Positions 41,265-52,052 of a DNA stretch of 64,000 nucleotides are shown here, piece after piece. The translations under genes and the position numbers were made by a program. The DNA is from an uncultured Actinomycetes bacterium (GTDB lineage: Bacteria > Actinomycetota > Thermoleophilia > UBA2241). Under the pieces are notes generated by a model. The model was not told the origin of the DNA. It made no database searches and worked only from the letters and a program-made list of their open reading frames with translations. Each line of letters starts with the position of its first letter. Within the stretch, counting starts at the first letter, position 1. The stretch is taken from the NCBI GenBank assembly GCA_963725665.1, contig CAVRZA010000011.1, positions 1 to 64,000 of the forward strand. Reading direction: 5' to 3'.

Positions 41265-41853
41265 CCACTACATGGTCCGTGAAGGACTCAGGGTCTTCCT
41301 GTCGGCGCAGGAGGATCTCGAGGTGGTGGGCGAGGCAGCCGACGGAGCCGAGGCGGTCGAGCAGTGCCGGCGGCTCCAGCCCGACGTCGTGCTCATGGAC
41401 GTGCTGATGCCGGTCATGGACGGCGCCGAGGCGACTGCCAGAGTCAAGGAAGAGTGGCCGGAGATCCAGATCATCGTCCTGACGAGCTTCGTCGACGAGA
41501 AGCTCGTTCAGCGTGTGCTCGACGGCGGAGCCATCAGCTACCTGCTCAAAGACGCCCGGCCCGAGAAGCTCGCGCAAGCGATCAGGGACGCCTACCGCGG
41601 CCGCGGCAGCATCGACGCCAGCGCCATGCAGGCCCTGATGAACAAGAAGGACGAGGTGGGACACGACCTCACGCCGCGTGAGCGCGAGGTGCTGGCGCTG
41701 CTCGCCGCCGGCCTCAGCAACAACGAGATCGCCGAGAAGCTGACGCTGAGCCCCGGCACCGTTCGCCTTCACGTGAGCAACGTGCTGGCCAAGCTCGACG
41801 CACCGAACCGCACGAGTGCGGCCATCATGGCCATGAAGCACGGGCTGGCATAA
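41224..41853 (+). CDS. NarL/LuxR family response regulator
   Basis: IRVLIADDH, PDVVLMD..MP.MDG, YLLKD, LTPREREVL..L..GLSN.EIA..L HTH. Confidence 0.93.
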   Translation: MSYRARIRVLIADDHYMVREGLRVFLSAQEDLEVVGEAADGAEAVEQCRRLQPDVVLMDVLMPVMDGAEATARVKEEWPEIQIIVLTSFVDEKLVQRVLDGGAISYLLKDARPEKLAQAIRDAYRGRGSIDASAMQALMNKKDEVGHDLTPREREVLALLAAGLSNNEIAEKLTLSPGTVRLHVSNVLAKLDAPNRTSAAIMAMKHGLA

Positions 41854-42021
41854 GACCCACGTCGAGACCGCTGCACCTATCACACTCGTCCATGCGAAGA
41901 CATGCCGTTTGCCCGTACTACACTTAGTGGTTCAGACGGATGATGCGCGCGGAGGAGGGCTGCGGCGCCGGCGGCAGCCGCCGGGAGCCACGGGGAACGA
42001 GATCTCAAGGAGGCTATCCCC

Positions 42022-42382
42022 TTGCGTGTCTTGCTGGCGACGGACCGGCCGCATCTGGGCGATGCCCTGTCTCTCTTTCTCACCGAGCGGCACATCGACG
42101 TCGTCGCCGTTGCGTCCGATGCCCACGAACTGGTCAGCTCTTGCCGTGGCCACACACCCCCGCGTCGTCCTCGTCGATTGGCAACTGGCGGGAGCCGGCT
42201 CGGCCGGGGTCCTCGCCGATCTCAAGAACTGCGAGGAGCCGGCCCACATCATAGTGATGGGCACGGCCGAGGAGCGAGTCCTGGCCCAGATGGCGGCGGC
42301 CGACGGTTACGTCACGCTCGGCGACCCCCCAGAGGCGCTGCTCGAGGTCCTGCGCGAGGTGGCGCCGACCGCAGGTAGGTGA
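42022..42382 (+). CDS. Stand-alone atypical receiver-domain protein; frameshift near 42150
   Basis: MRVLLA.D...L...L, PRVVLVDW.L, ADGYVTLG (conserved Lys absent); AAGGAGG SD before TTG. Confidence 0.6.
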
Positions 42383-42445
42383 GTCGCAGCACGGTTGGCG
42401 AAGCCGCGCGGCACGTGACAGGGGGCCCCCGGGGCGTCCCGCAGG

Positions 42446-43553
42446 TCACCTCAGCGGCGAGAGCGTCAGGCTGATCGAGTGCGTGCCCCAGGGCGAAGCC
42501 GCGACGGCGTCGACCACCGCTTGCGCGTCGTCGCCCCGCGCGAGGGCCGCGAGGATGGCTCCGTAGCGCCCGTTGCGCAGCGTTGCGATGGTCGCCACGA
42601 ATCCTTGCTGCCAGCTCACGTAGGCCTTGACCCCCACAGAGTTCATGCTGGTCGCACCAGGCTCGGGCATCGTCGTGTTGAGCGGGTTGTAGTGCGCCGT
42701 GTTGTACCAGTGCCCGCCCTCGGCCATCTCCCAGGCGGTGAGGGCGACGAGGTTCTCGGTCGTCCTCGGAGCGCCGAGGCCGGCGAGCAGGGCCTGCGCC
42801 CACGTGATCTGGGTGTAGGGACCCTTGGCCGGAGGAAGCGAGCCGGCGGGTGGAAGTTGAGCGGCGACGATCTTCTGGATCTTCTTCACGAGGTCGCGCA
42901 ACAGCGCGCGCCGCTCGGCGATCCTCTGGCTCATCAGGATGCGCTCGGCGTCGATGTCGGCACGCACGTCGAGCGCCTCCTGGCGCCGGCTGGTCGAGCG
43001 CCTTCTCAAAGCCCGCCACGTCGGACGCGAGCCGGTGCAGCTCCTGCTGCGCACGCCGATCCTGCTCGGCAACGAGGTCGAAGAACTCGAGCTGGGTCTG
43101 AGGATCCGAGTAGCCACCCGAGTCGGCGAGGAAGTCGAGCCACGTGTAGTCGCCCATCTTGTACATGGCGGCGAGCCGGCGGCCGAGCAGGTCCTGCTGG
43201 CGCGCGAGGCTCGCGCGCGAGCCGGCGAGCTGCAGACGGAGCTGTGACAGCTCACCGTTGACACGCGCGAGCCTCGCGCGCGCTTCATCGTACTGGCGCA
43301 CGATGGCCGCCATCTCGTCGCCCAGGAGGCGCATCTGCCCCTGGACCTTGCGCGCCTCGGCGCGGAGGCCGGCGAGAGAAGTGGGCTTCTTGCCAAAGGT
43401 GAGGACCTTGACCTCGGGAGTGGCGCTGGGGGTTGGGGACGGCGTGGCGGCGGCCTGCGTGGCGGCCACGAGCAGAGCCGCGCAGGCCGCCGCCACGGCC
43501 GCCGCAAGCAGCCGCGTCCGCGCCTGCCCAACCCTGTCCATGAACGCGTCCAC
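42446..43553 (-). CDS. Secreted PcsB/CwlO-type coiled-coil protein with C-terminal lysozyme-like domain; frameshift near 42990
   Basis: Signal peptide; coiled coil ..RLAAMYKMG...LDFL; C-terminal AWEMAEGG..YNPLNTT..GVKAY.SW..G..ATI.TL. Confidence 0.7.
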
Positions 43554-43643
43554 TCTCGTGGCCTGTATCGGCCCTCGGCGCGAACCCTTTATGTGGGAGA
43601 ATCAGCGCGCCCCGCAACGGTGGGGCCGGACGAGGAGGATGTG

Positions 43644-45092
43644 ATGCGGGCGCAGGTGTCGTGGACGACTGAGGCGGAGCGGAGACTCATCTGCGAGCAG
43701 GCCATCGGGCTGCTCGAGCGCATGGGCATGCGCTTCGGCGAGGGCAGGGCGCTCGAGACGCTCGCCGGGGCGGGCGCCGACGTCGACCGCGACGCGGGCG
43801 TCGCGCGCATCCCCGGCGAGCTCGTCGAACGCGCTCTCGCCAAGTGCCCGCGGGAGGTCGTGCTCGGCGGGGCGACCCCTGAGTACGACTGCGTCCTCGA
43901 CGGCTCGATCCATTTCGTCAACTCGGGCTCGCCCACCCACACGCTCGACTTCGAGACCGGCGAGTACCGCGGCAGCACCTACGAGGACCTGCGCCGCGCG
44001 ACGATGCTGCTCACACGCATGCCTTCCGTCGATATTCTCTGGGGGATCGTGGCGCCCACCGATCTGCCGCTCGAGGAGCGCATCTTTCGCGAGCTGGCCG
44101 TGCAACTCGTCTACAGCGACCTGCACATCCAGCATGAGATCGAGTACGCGTGGCAGGCCGAGACGTTGCTGCGCATGCTGGAGACTGCGGGCTGTGACGG
44201 CGCCGTCCTACGCGAGAGGCCGAGATTCAGCGTCGTCTGTTGCACCGCCTCGCCCCTGCTCGCCCACGGCCCGATGCTCGACGCCGACCTCGAGCTTGCC
44301 GCTCACGGTGTCCCCATCCTCATCTACCCCATGCCTGTCGCCGGTGGCAACGCGCCGGTGACCGTCGCCGGCGCCGTGACGATGAACATCGCCGAGTTCC
44401 TCGGCGTGGCGACCGCCATCCAGATCGCCCACCCGGGCACGCCGCTGCTCATGGGCGCGGGGACCTCGCTGCTGGACATGAGATCGACGACCTTCTCGTT
44501 CGGCGCGCTCGAGACCGCCCAGATGGTCGCCTGCTGCGTCGAGGTCTCGCATCATCTGGGGATCCCCGTCCTTGCCCCCGGTCTCGCCACCGACGCCAAG
44601 CACCCCGGCATCCAGGCGGGCTACGAGAAGGCCCTCAAGGGTCTCGCCGTCGCCTCGGCGAAGGCCGATCTCATCACCGGCGGCATCGGTCTCTTGAACG
44701 GCGCGAACCTGCTCTACCTGCCGCAGATCGTCATCGACGATGAGATCGCGCAGATGACCAAGCGCCTGCTGAGCGAGGTCGAGATCAGCCCCGAGAGCAT
44801 CATGGCCGACGTCGTCGAGCGCGTGGGCTTCAGCGGCAACTACCTGACACAGCGCGAGACGCGGCAGCGCGTGCGCGCCGGCGAGCAGTTCTACCCGACG
44901 ATCTCCTCGCGCCAGTCGTACGAGGCCTGGGCCGAGGCCGGCAAGGACGAGCTCGATGTGGCCGCGGCCCGTGTGCACGAGCTGCTCACGGAAGCCGAGG
45001 AGCAGGGGCCGGTGCTGGCGCCCGACCAGGTCGCAGAGCTCGACGCGATCGTGGCGGCCGGCGCGCAGCTGGCGAAAGCGCACGAGGAGTAG
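43644..45092 (+). CDS. mttB: Second MttB-superfamily methyltransferase, non-pyrrolysine
   Basis: LLERMGMRF, SPL.H, MPVAGGNAPVTVAGA, TDAKHPGIQAGYEKA, QIVIDDEI; GAGGAGG SD; no amber codon. Confidence 0.9.
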   Translation: MRAQVSWTTEAERRLICEQAIGLLERMGMRFGEGRALETLAGAGADVDRDAGVARIPGELVERALAKCPREVVLGGATPEYDCVLDGSIHFVNSGSPTHTLDFETGEYRGSTYEDLRRATMLLTRMPSVDILWGIVAPTDLPLEERIFRELAVQLVYSDLHIQHEIEYAWQAETLLRMLETAGCDGAVLRERPRFSVVCCTASPLLAHGPMLDADLELAAHGVPILIYPMPVAGGNAPVTVAGAVTMNIAEFLGVATAIQIAHPGTPLLMGAGTSLLDMRSTTFSFGALETAQMVACCVEVSHHLGIPVLAPGLATDAKHPGIQAGYEKALKGLAVASAKADLITGGIGLLNGANLLYLPQIVIDDEIAQMTKRLLSEVEISPESIMADVVERVGFSGNYLTQRETRQRVRAGEQFYPTISSRQSYEAWAEAGKDELDVAAARVHELLTEAEEQGPVLAPDQVAELDAIVAAGAQLAKAHEE

Positions 45093-45187
45093 GTCGAGCG
45101 CGGGTCGAAGCCGAACAGCTCTAGCTGGGCCATGCGGAGGCCCGGACACGGCGACAGGCGAGAAGTGGAGAGGACGGCCAGAGCGCG

Positions 45188-46402
45188 ATGAGCGAACTGC
45201 ACGTGGATGAAGACGAGGTGATGCGCGGCTTCCCCGTTCCGGCGAGGGCGCGCATCACTCCCGCCACCGTCTACCGTCCGCCGTTCACGCGCTGGTTCAT
45301 GCAGCACGTGCGCGAGGTGGAAGGGACGGCTGCGGTGCCGCGAGGCAACGGATTGGTATGGGAACTGCCGGCAGCAGAGCGCGAGCTCGGCGCGGCGGCC
45401 GTCGCCGGAGGCGACGGCCGCCGCTGGACAGTCGAGGAGTGGCTGGCGGCGACCGCGACGGATGCTGTCCTCGTACTGCACCACGGGGCCATCGTCTTCG
45501 AACGGTACTTCGGCGGCATGACGCCGGCGACGCAGCACATGTACCAGTCGGTCTCGAAGTCGGTGGGGGCCTGCGTCGCCGCCCGCCTCATCGAGCAGGG
45601 TCTCTTCAGCGCCGACTCACGGCTCACCGACCTCGTGCCCGAGCTCACCGGGAGCGGCTACGACGGCGCCACGGTGCGGCACCTGCTCGACATGCGGGTC
45701 GGGGTGCGCTTCTCGGAGGAGTACGACGATCAGGACTCCGAGATCGCGCGGCTCGACCGGCTCTACGGCGTGCGGCCCAGCCGGCGCGACGACGAGCCTG
45801 GGTCATCGTATGACTTCGCCGCCGAGACCGTCCTCGACGCCGAACACGGGGGTCCGTTCCACTACGTCTCCCTGAACCTGCAGGTGCTCGGCTGGGTGAT
45901 GGAACGGGTGACCGGCCTGCGCCTGCCCGAGTTGATCGGGCGCGAGCTGTGGAGCCAGCTTGGAACGGAGCACGAGGCCTACATCGCCCTCGACGGCGCC
46001 GGCAGCGCCCAGCTCGAGGGCGGCTTCTGCTCGAGCCTGCGGGACCTGGCGCGCTTCGGCCTCATGCTCTGCCGAGACGGCGAGGCCGAAGCGCGCCCAG
46101 TCCTCCCAGCCTCGTGGATCGACGACACCGAGCGCAACGGCGATCGAGACGCCTTCGCCGCCGCCGGCATCCCCGAATCGCAGTACCTGCCGGCGCCCTC
46201 GTACCGCAACAACTTCTGGGTCGCGGACCCGCCCGGGCACGTCGTCTTCATGGGCGTGGGCATCTTCGGGCAGTTCCTCTACGTGGACCGGTCGGCCCAG
46301 CTCGTAGTGGCCAAGTTCGCCACGCAGCCGACGTTCGACGACGCCCTCCTGCTCGCACACGACTTCTGGGCCGCCGAGTCGCTCGCCGACGCGCTGTCGT
46401 GA
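45188..46402 (+). CDS. Serine hydrolase, beta-lactamase class C / 6-aminohexanoate-dimer hydrolase (NylB)-like
   Basis: QSVSKS (SxxK), GATVRHLLDM, FHYVS, RDLARFG, MGVGIFGQ. Confidence 0.85.
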   Translation: MSELHVDEDEVMRGFPVPARARITPATVYRPPFTRWFMQHVREVEGTAAVPRGNGLVWELPAAERELGAAAVAGGDGRRWTVEEWLAATATDAVLVLHHGAIVFERYFGGMTPATQHMYQSVSKSVGACVAARLIEQGLFSADSRLTDLVPELTGSGYDGATVRHLLDMRVGVRFSEEYDDQDSEIARLDRLYGVRPSRRDDEPGSSYDFAAETVLDAEHGGPFHYVSLNLQVLGWVMERVTGLRLPELIGRELWSQLGTEHEAYIALDGAGSAQLEGGFCSSLRDLARFGLMLCRDGEAEARPVLPASWIDDTERNGDRDAFAAAGIPESQYLPAPSYRNNFWVADPPGHVVFMGVGIFGQFLYVDRSAQLVVAKFATQPTFDDALLLAHDFWAAESLADALS

Positions 46403-46491
46403 ACGTCGCCGAAGCCGGCGTCCGCCGTGGCGGACTCTGAGGGCGTCGTTTCTCGCTCGAGGGGTACAGTGCGGTCGACAGGAGTGTGCGC

Positions 46492-46713
46492 ATGAGTCGG
46501 CACCGTAAGCATGACACCGGGCCGAGCGAGCCCGTATCCGAGCCGGACCCCATCGTCTACGACGTCCACGGCGTGCCGGTGGGCGTGCGCATCGCCGGCG
46601 TCGAGCAGCACGCCGACGAGACGCGCGCCGCGCGACACCTCGCACGCGTCACAGCGTTGCGCGCGACGCGCGAGCTAGAGGGACGGGAGTGGATCAGCCT
46701 CGGCCTCTTCTGA
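46492..46713 (+). CDS. Small hypothetical protein
   Basis: AGGAG SD, 73 aa, host-like codon usage. Confidence 0.45.
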   Translation: MSRHRKHDTGPSEPVSEPDPIVYDVHGVPVGVRIAGVEQHADETRAARHLARVTALRATRELEGREWISLGLF

Positions 46714-46791
46714 GGCCGTAACGCCCGACCGCGGCGAGACGCCGCCCGGCGGCGACGCGGCGGCCGCGCGGCCGCGGACTCGCCCGACGAC

Positions 46792-47631
46792 TCAGGACGC
46801 CTGCTTGACCTCCGCGAGCCCCAGCATCACCCGGGCCTCAGCCGCTGTGGCGATCTCCCGTCCCAACTCTCTCGCGAGACGAACGACGCGCTCCACGAGC
46901 TGCGCGTTGCTGTGCGCGAGCACGCCGCGGCTGTAGTAGATGTTGTCCTCGAGCCCGACTCGGGCGTGGCCGCCCATCACCATGGCCAGCACGGCCATGG
47001 GTAGCTGCGCCTTGCCGATGCCGATGACCGACCAGGTGGCCTCGGCGGGGATCAGGTCGGTGAGATAGAGGAGCGACGCGGCGCTCGCCGGCATCCCGTA
47101 CCTGGTGCCGAGGACGAACTGGAAGTGCAGCGGTCGGCGCAGAAGACCGGCTTCGGCGTAGCGCAGGCACGTGGCCACCATCCCGGCGTCGAAGCACTCG
47201 AGCTCGGGCTTGACGTCGAGCTCGAGCGCTCGCGCCGCCAGCGCGTCGAGGAACTCGGGCGGGTTCAGGAAGACGCCGGCCTCCGTGTTGACGGAGCCGG
47301 CGTCGAACGACGCCATCTCGGGGCGCAGCGACAGCGGCGCGATCCTCTCCTCCGTCGGCAGGTTGCGTCCCGGGATGCCACTGGTGGTCAGACAGATGAT
47401 CGCGTCGGTCTCGCTGCGCAGGCGGGAGACCACGCTCTCGAACACCGCCAGGTCCTGGGTGCCAAGCCCAGTCTGTGGGTCGCGCACGTGCACGTGGACC
47501 ACAGCCGCGCCGGCTCTCCACGCATCGACGCCCGACCGGACGATCTCGTCGGGCGTGATAGGGATGTGCGGCGTCTGCTCCTTGGAGATGCGCGACCCCG
47601 TCAGGCCGGCGGTGATGATCAGCTTGTCCAC
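46792..47631 (-). CDS. Beta-keto acid cleavage enzyme (BKACE / 3-keto-5-aminohexanoate cleavage family, DUF849)
   Basis: IITAGLTG, P.IPITPDEI, AGAAVVHVHVRD, PEMAS.D.GS.N, KPELECFD, GGHARVGLEDN. Confidence 0.92.
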   Translation of the reverse strand: MDKLIITAGLTGSRISKEQTPHIPITPDEIVRSGVDAWRAGAAVVHVHVRDPQTGLGTQDLAVFESVVSRLRSETDAIICLTTSGIPGRNLPTEERIAPLSLRPEMASFDAGSVNTEAGVFLNPPEFLDALAARALELDVKPELECFDAGMVATCLRYAEAGLLRRPLHFQFVLGTRYGMPASAASLLYLTDLIPAEATWSVIGIGKAQLPMAVLAMVMGGHARVGLEDNIYYSRGVLAHSNAQLVERVVRLARELGREIATAAEARVMLGLAEVKQAS

Positions 47632-47649
47632 GAGGCGGCGGACGCGAGA

Positions 47650-47862
47650 CTAGAAGTAAGAACCGTCGCCGGTGCTGACGACGACGGCGGCCGCGAGACG
47701 GTGGATCTCTACCGGGCGGCCAGCGGCGACTTCGTGGCAGGCCCGCAAGACGACCTCGTCACCAATACCGCAGGCAGCCTCGGACCCCCCCTTGCCGGAT
47801 TCATCTTCGTCGGACGCGCGACAACGGCGGCGCCACTCCTGCAACGACACGATCACTCCCAC
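47650..47862 (-). CDS. Small hypothetical protein
   Basis: G-rich SD then VGVIVSLQEWRRR...; fills the gap upstream of BKACE. Confidence 0.3.
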   Translation of the reverse strand: MGVIVSLQEWRRRCRASDEDESGKGGSEAACGIGDEVVLRACHEVAAGRPVEIHRLAAAVVVSTGDGSYF

Positions 47863-47966
47863 GACCCCCCCTCGCTTTGGCCCCGGTCCACAGCGGCCCC
47901 GCAGGCGCACACCCATGGCCGGCAGTCTAGCGGGCCAGCCCGGCCTCAGACAAAACCCGTCGGACC

Positions 47967-49187
<1,221 letters not shown>

Positions 49188-49189
49188 CG

Positions 49190-50209
49190 TCAATCCTCTC
49201 CGGAGCTCGTCAGCCGCTCGTGTGTCAGGGTATTCCGCAGGCGCCGCGCTGCCGAGCCCGACGCCGACAGGCGGTCGAGGCCGAGCAGCGCGGCGCCCAC
49301 GACCGGCGGGCCCTGGACGACGCTCACCCGCGCCGCCGGCGCCACTTCGAGGACGCCGCGCTCGATGCGCTTCAGGAAGCGGCGGTCTCCGGCCCTGAAG
49401 AGGCCGCCACCGAGGATCACATCGACGTCGCGCCGCGTCAGGTGCAGCCGCCGCACGGCCGAGACGACCATGGCCACGACCTCGTCGGCCTGCCGGTCGA
49501 GGATGGCACGCGCCACGGCGTCGCCGTCGGCGGCGCACGCGAAGACGAGCGGCGCCAGCCCAGCCGGATAGGGATCGATGCTACCGGTCTGCACCGCCTC
49601 GAGCACGGCGACGACTGAGCGCAGGCCGAAGTGCGCCGGCACAGCTTCCTCGAGCGCGGTGTGCGGTCCGCGGCCGTCCCGGCCGCGGACCGCGGCCCTC
49701 ACGGCCTGCGTCCCCAGCCAGCCGCCGCCGCCGTCGTCGCCGGAGATCTCGCCCAGGGATGCGAAGCGCACGATGCGCCCGTCGGGCGACACTGCCGAGC
49801 AGTTCATGCCGGCGCCGCAGACCACGCCCACGCCCCACGGGCGCTCGGAGCCTGCGCGCAGCACGGCGAAGGTGTCGTTGCGCAGCACGATATCGTCGGC
49901 CAGCGACAGGGAGCGCAGGGCGCGCGTGAGACGGCGGTCGTCGACCGGCAGGTCGTCGCCGGCGAGACAGAAGACGCCGACGCGCGCCAGCGGGCGCGCG
50001 TCGGCGTTGAGGCCGGCCCCGCGCGCCGCGGCGTCCGCGGTGTCGAGCAGGCGGCGTAGCGAGACGTCGTGCAGCTCGGGCGTAAACGGTGTGCCGGCGC
50101 CACGCGCCGCACCCAAGAGGGCGCCGTCCGCACCGACGAGCGCGACGTCGACCTTGGAGTTGCCCCCGTCGACGGCCAGCACGGCGACAGGCTCGCGTAC
50201 GCCGCTCAC
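49190..50209 (-). CDS. BadF/BadG/BcrA/BcrD-type sugar kinase (CsnK / GlcN(Ac) kinase-like)
   Basis: LAVDGGNSKVD, LAG.DLP.D, NDTFAVLRAG, VCGAGMNC, LG.ISGD.GGG. Confidence 0.85.
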   Translation of the reverse strand: MSGVREPVAVLAVDGGNSKVDVALVGADGALLGAARGAGTPFTPELHDVSLRRLLDTADAAARGAGLNADARPLARVGVFCLAGDDLPVDDRRLTRALRSLSLADDIVLRNDTFAVLRAGSERPWGVGVVCGAGMNCSAVSPDGRIVRFASLGEISGDDGGGGWLGTQAVRAAVRGRDGRGPHTALEEAVPAHFGLRSVVAVLEAVQTGSIDPYPAGLAPLVFACAADGDAVARAILDRQADEVVAMVVSAVRRLHLTRRDVDVILGGGLFRAGDRRFLKRIERGVLEVAPAARVSVVQGPPVVGAALLGLDRLSASGSAARRLRNTLTHERLTSSGED

Positions 50210-50853
50210 GGATCCTCCCCACCGATCTCGTCGCGCTCCTCAACGCGGCCAGGCGCGGCGGGATCGGCGAGCTCGTCCAGACGCACGAGCTGCGCGCCCG
50301 CCGCGCGCAGTCCGGCGATGATCCCCGGCAGCGCCGCCGCCGTCGCATCGGGCCAGCTGTGGAGTAGCACCCTCACGTCGGCGTCGAAGCCCCGGCAGCC
50401 GTCGATGACCGCCCTGACCACGTCGTCGGCGAGTCTCCCCGGACGCCAGTCCTTGGGGTCGACGTCCCAGCCCACGTTCTCGTAGCCGACGTGCTCCAGC
50501 GCCACGAGCACGCGGGCATCGTCCTCGCCGTCACCGTAGGGGCAGCGGAACCACGGTCGCAGCCTCGCGCCGGTGTGGTCCGCGATCACCTCCTCGGCGC
50601 GCAGCACGGTGTGCCGGATGCCCTCGTCGGTCATCAGCGTGAGCGGCACGTGGTGGTAGGTGTGGTTGCCGAGCAGGTGCCCGTCGTCGGCGATGCGCTG
50701 CGCGAGGTAGGGGGAGGCCGACGCCCACCGCCCCTGCACGAAGAAAGTCGCACGCACGTCCTCCGCGGCAAGCGCATCGAGCTGTCGCCGCGGATTGGCC
50801 GCATCGGCCGGACGGCTCGGCTGCTCGGCGTCGATCGTCAGCGCGACCTTCAT
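50206..50853 (-). CDS. Polysaccharide deacetylase (CE4/NodB domain)
   Basis: LTIDAE (TFDDG variant), ATFFV.G, GNHTYHH, FRCPYG, W.VDP.DW, LLH. Confidence 0.85.
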   Translation of the reverse strand: MKVALTIDAEQPSRPADAANPRRQLDALAAEDVRATFFVQGRWASASPYLAQRIADDGHLLGNHTYHHVPLTLMTDEGIRHTVLRAEEVIADHTGARLRPWFRCPYGDGEDDARVLVALEHVGYENVGWDVDPKDWRPGRLADDVVRAVIDGCRGFDADVRVLLHSWPDATAAALPGIIAGLRAAGAQLVRLDELADPAAPGRVEERDEIGGEDP

Positions 50854-50869
50854 TGCCGCAACGCCTCCG

Positions 50870-52021
50870 TCACTCGTGCAGCGTGACCTTGCTGGCCACG
50901 GTGAACTCCCCCGGCGTCCGCCCGCGCCGCCTGGCGAGCCGCCACGCGAGAAGCTGCGCCGGCAGGACGGCTACGGCCGAAGCGAACGCGTCGGCGACCG
51001 GACCGATGGACAGGCGCGCCGCTCCCTCCGGCGCCTCCCCGCTCTGGCTTACGACGTAGACGGCACTGCCGGCTGCGACCAGGTCGGCCGCCAGGGCGAG
51101 GTCGAGCTCGCGCGTGGCCTTCTCCGTGGCGAAGACAAGTGCCGCCAGGTCAGGCCCGGCCATCTCGAGCGGACCGTGACGGAACTGCCCCGCCTCGAGC
51201 GACTCGGCCAGCAGAGCGGAGGACTCCTTGACCGCCAGCGCGCCCATCTCGGCGGCGGCGCGGGCGCCGCCGCGACCGATCAGTGTGAGCATGGGGCGCC
51301 GGCCGAACCAGGTCGCCAGGCGGTCGGCCTCGGCTTCGGCGTCGCCCAGCAGACGCTCGAGCTCGGCTGCCGCGCGTTCGATCTCGTCCTCCGGCAGCCG
51401 GTCGCCGGACGCCTCGCCGACGACGGCGGCGAGCGTCACGAGCGACGCCGCGAACGTCATCGTCGACGGCCCCTCTTCCGGTCCGACGCGCGTGTCGAGG
51501 CGAATCGCCGCCGATCGCGCAAGCGTGTTGTCGAGGCCGTTCGTGACGCTCGCCAGGATGACTCCCGGGCCCGCGCCGGCCGGCCACCCGACGCCCTGCA
51601 CGCGCCATTCGCCGACCGGCGCAAGATCGGCCCCGGGCGTCACGCTTTCATCTCCTACGCCGGTGGCCCGCTGCAGCCTCTCCGCGAGGGCCACGACCTC
51701 GGCGCTCTCCCCCGACTGGCTCACGCACACCACGAGGGCGCCGGCCGGCAGGGCCCGAAGCCTGAAATGGAGCAACTCGGAGGACACGATCATCGCGCTG
51801 TCGACGCCGCGCCGGGCCAGGGCCGTGACCGGCACGTAGCACTGGTCGTAGGAGCCGCCCATCCCGGTGAAGACGAGCGAGGTCGCGCGCCTCATCGCGG
51901 CGCGCAGGCGCGCGACCTCGCCCCTCTGTTCCTTGAGACCAGCCGCCGCGCGCCGGATGGCTCCGGGCTGGCCCGCGATCTCGGCGAAGAATCTGTCAGG
52001 AAACTTTCCTAACGATTTCAC
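50870..52021 (-). CDS. Double SIS-domain amino-sugar phosphate isomerase/deaminase (GlmS C-terminal / GlmD-like)
   Basis: EIAGQP, GMGGS, SQSGES.E, SVTN...TLA, E.AL..KE, FRHGP.E, SKVT..E. Confidence 0.85.
   Translation of the reverse strand: MKSLGKFPDRFFAEIAGQPGAIRRAAAGLKEQRGEVARLRAAMRRATSLVFTGMGGSYDQCYVPVTALARRGVDSAMIVSSELLHFRLRALPAGALVVCVSQSGESAEVVALAERLQRATGVGDESVTPGADLAPVGEWRVQGVGWPAGAGPGVILASVTNGLDNTLARSAAIRLDTRVGPEEGPSTMTFAASLVTLAAVVGEASGDRLPEDEIERAAAELERLLGDAEAEADRLATWFGRRPMLTLIGRGGARAAAEMGALAVKESSALLAESLEAGQFRHGPLEMAGPDLAALVFATEKATRELDLALAADLVAAGSAVYVVSQSGEAPEGAARLSIGPVADAFASAVAVLPAQLLAWRLARRRGRTPGEFTVASKVTLHE
51998..52010. promoter_or_regulatory. CsnR-type ROK operator 1 (AGGAAACTTTCCT)
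   Basis: Perfect palindrome matching the Streptomyces CsnR box; lies within the first codons of the SIS gene and just upstream of the GH4 promoter. Confidence 0.8.
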
Positions 52022-52045
52022 TGCGCGCTCATACTACCGTAAGAT
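52017..52045 (+). promoter_or_regulatory. Sigma70-type promoter for a probably leaderless GH4 transcript
   Basis: TTCACT-N17-TAAGAT, ATG 7 nt downstream with no SD. Confidence 0.5.
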
Positions 52046-52052
52046 GACCGGC

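Noticed and set aside
2089-45092. Pyrrolysine or selenocysteine recoding in the MttB genes or the kinase (TGA at 40492)
   Set aside because: Both MttB ORFs are uninterrupted; the kinase continues in a different frame, so it is an indel rather than readthrough
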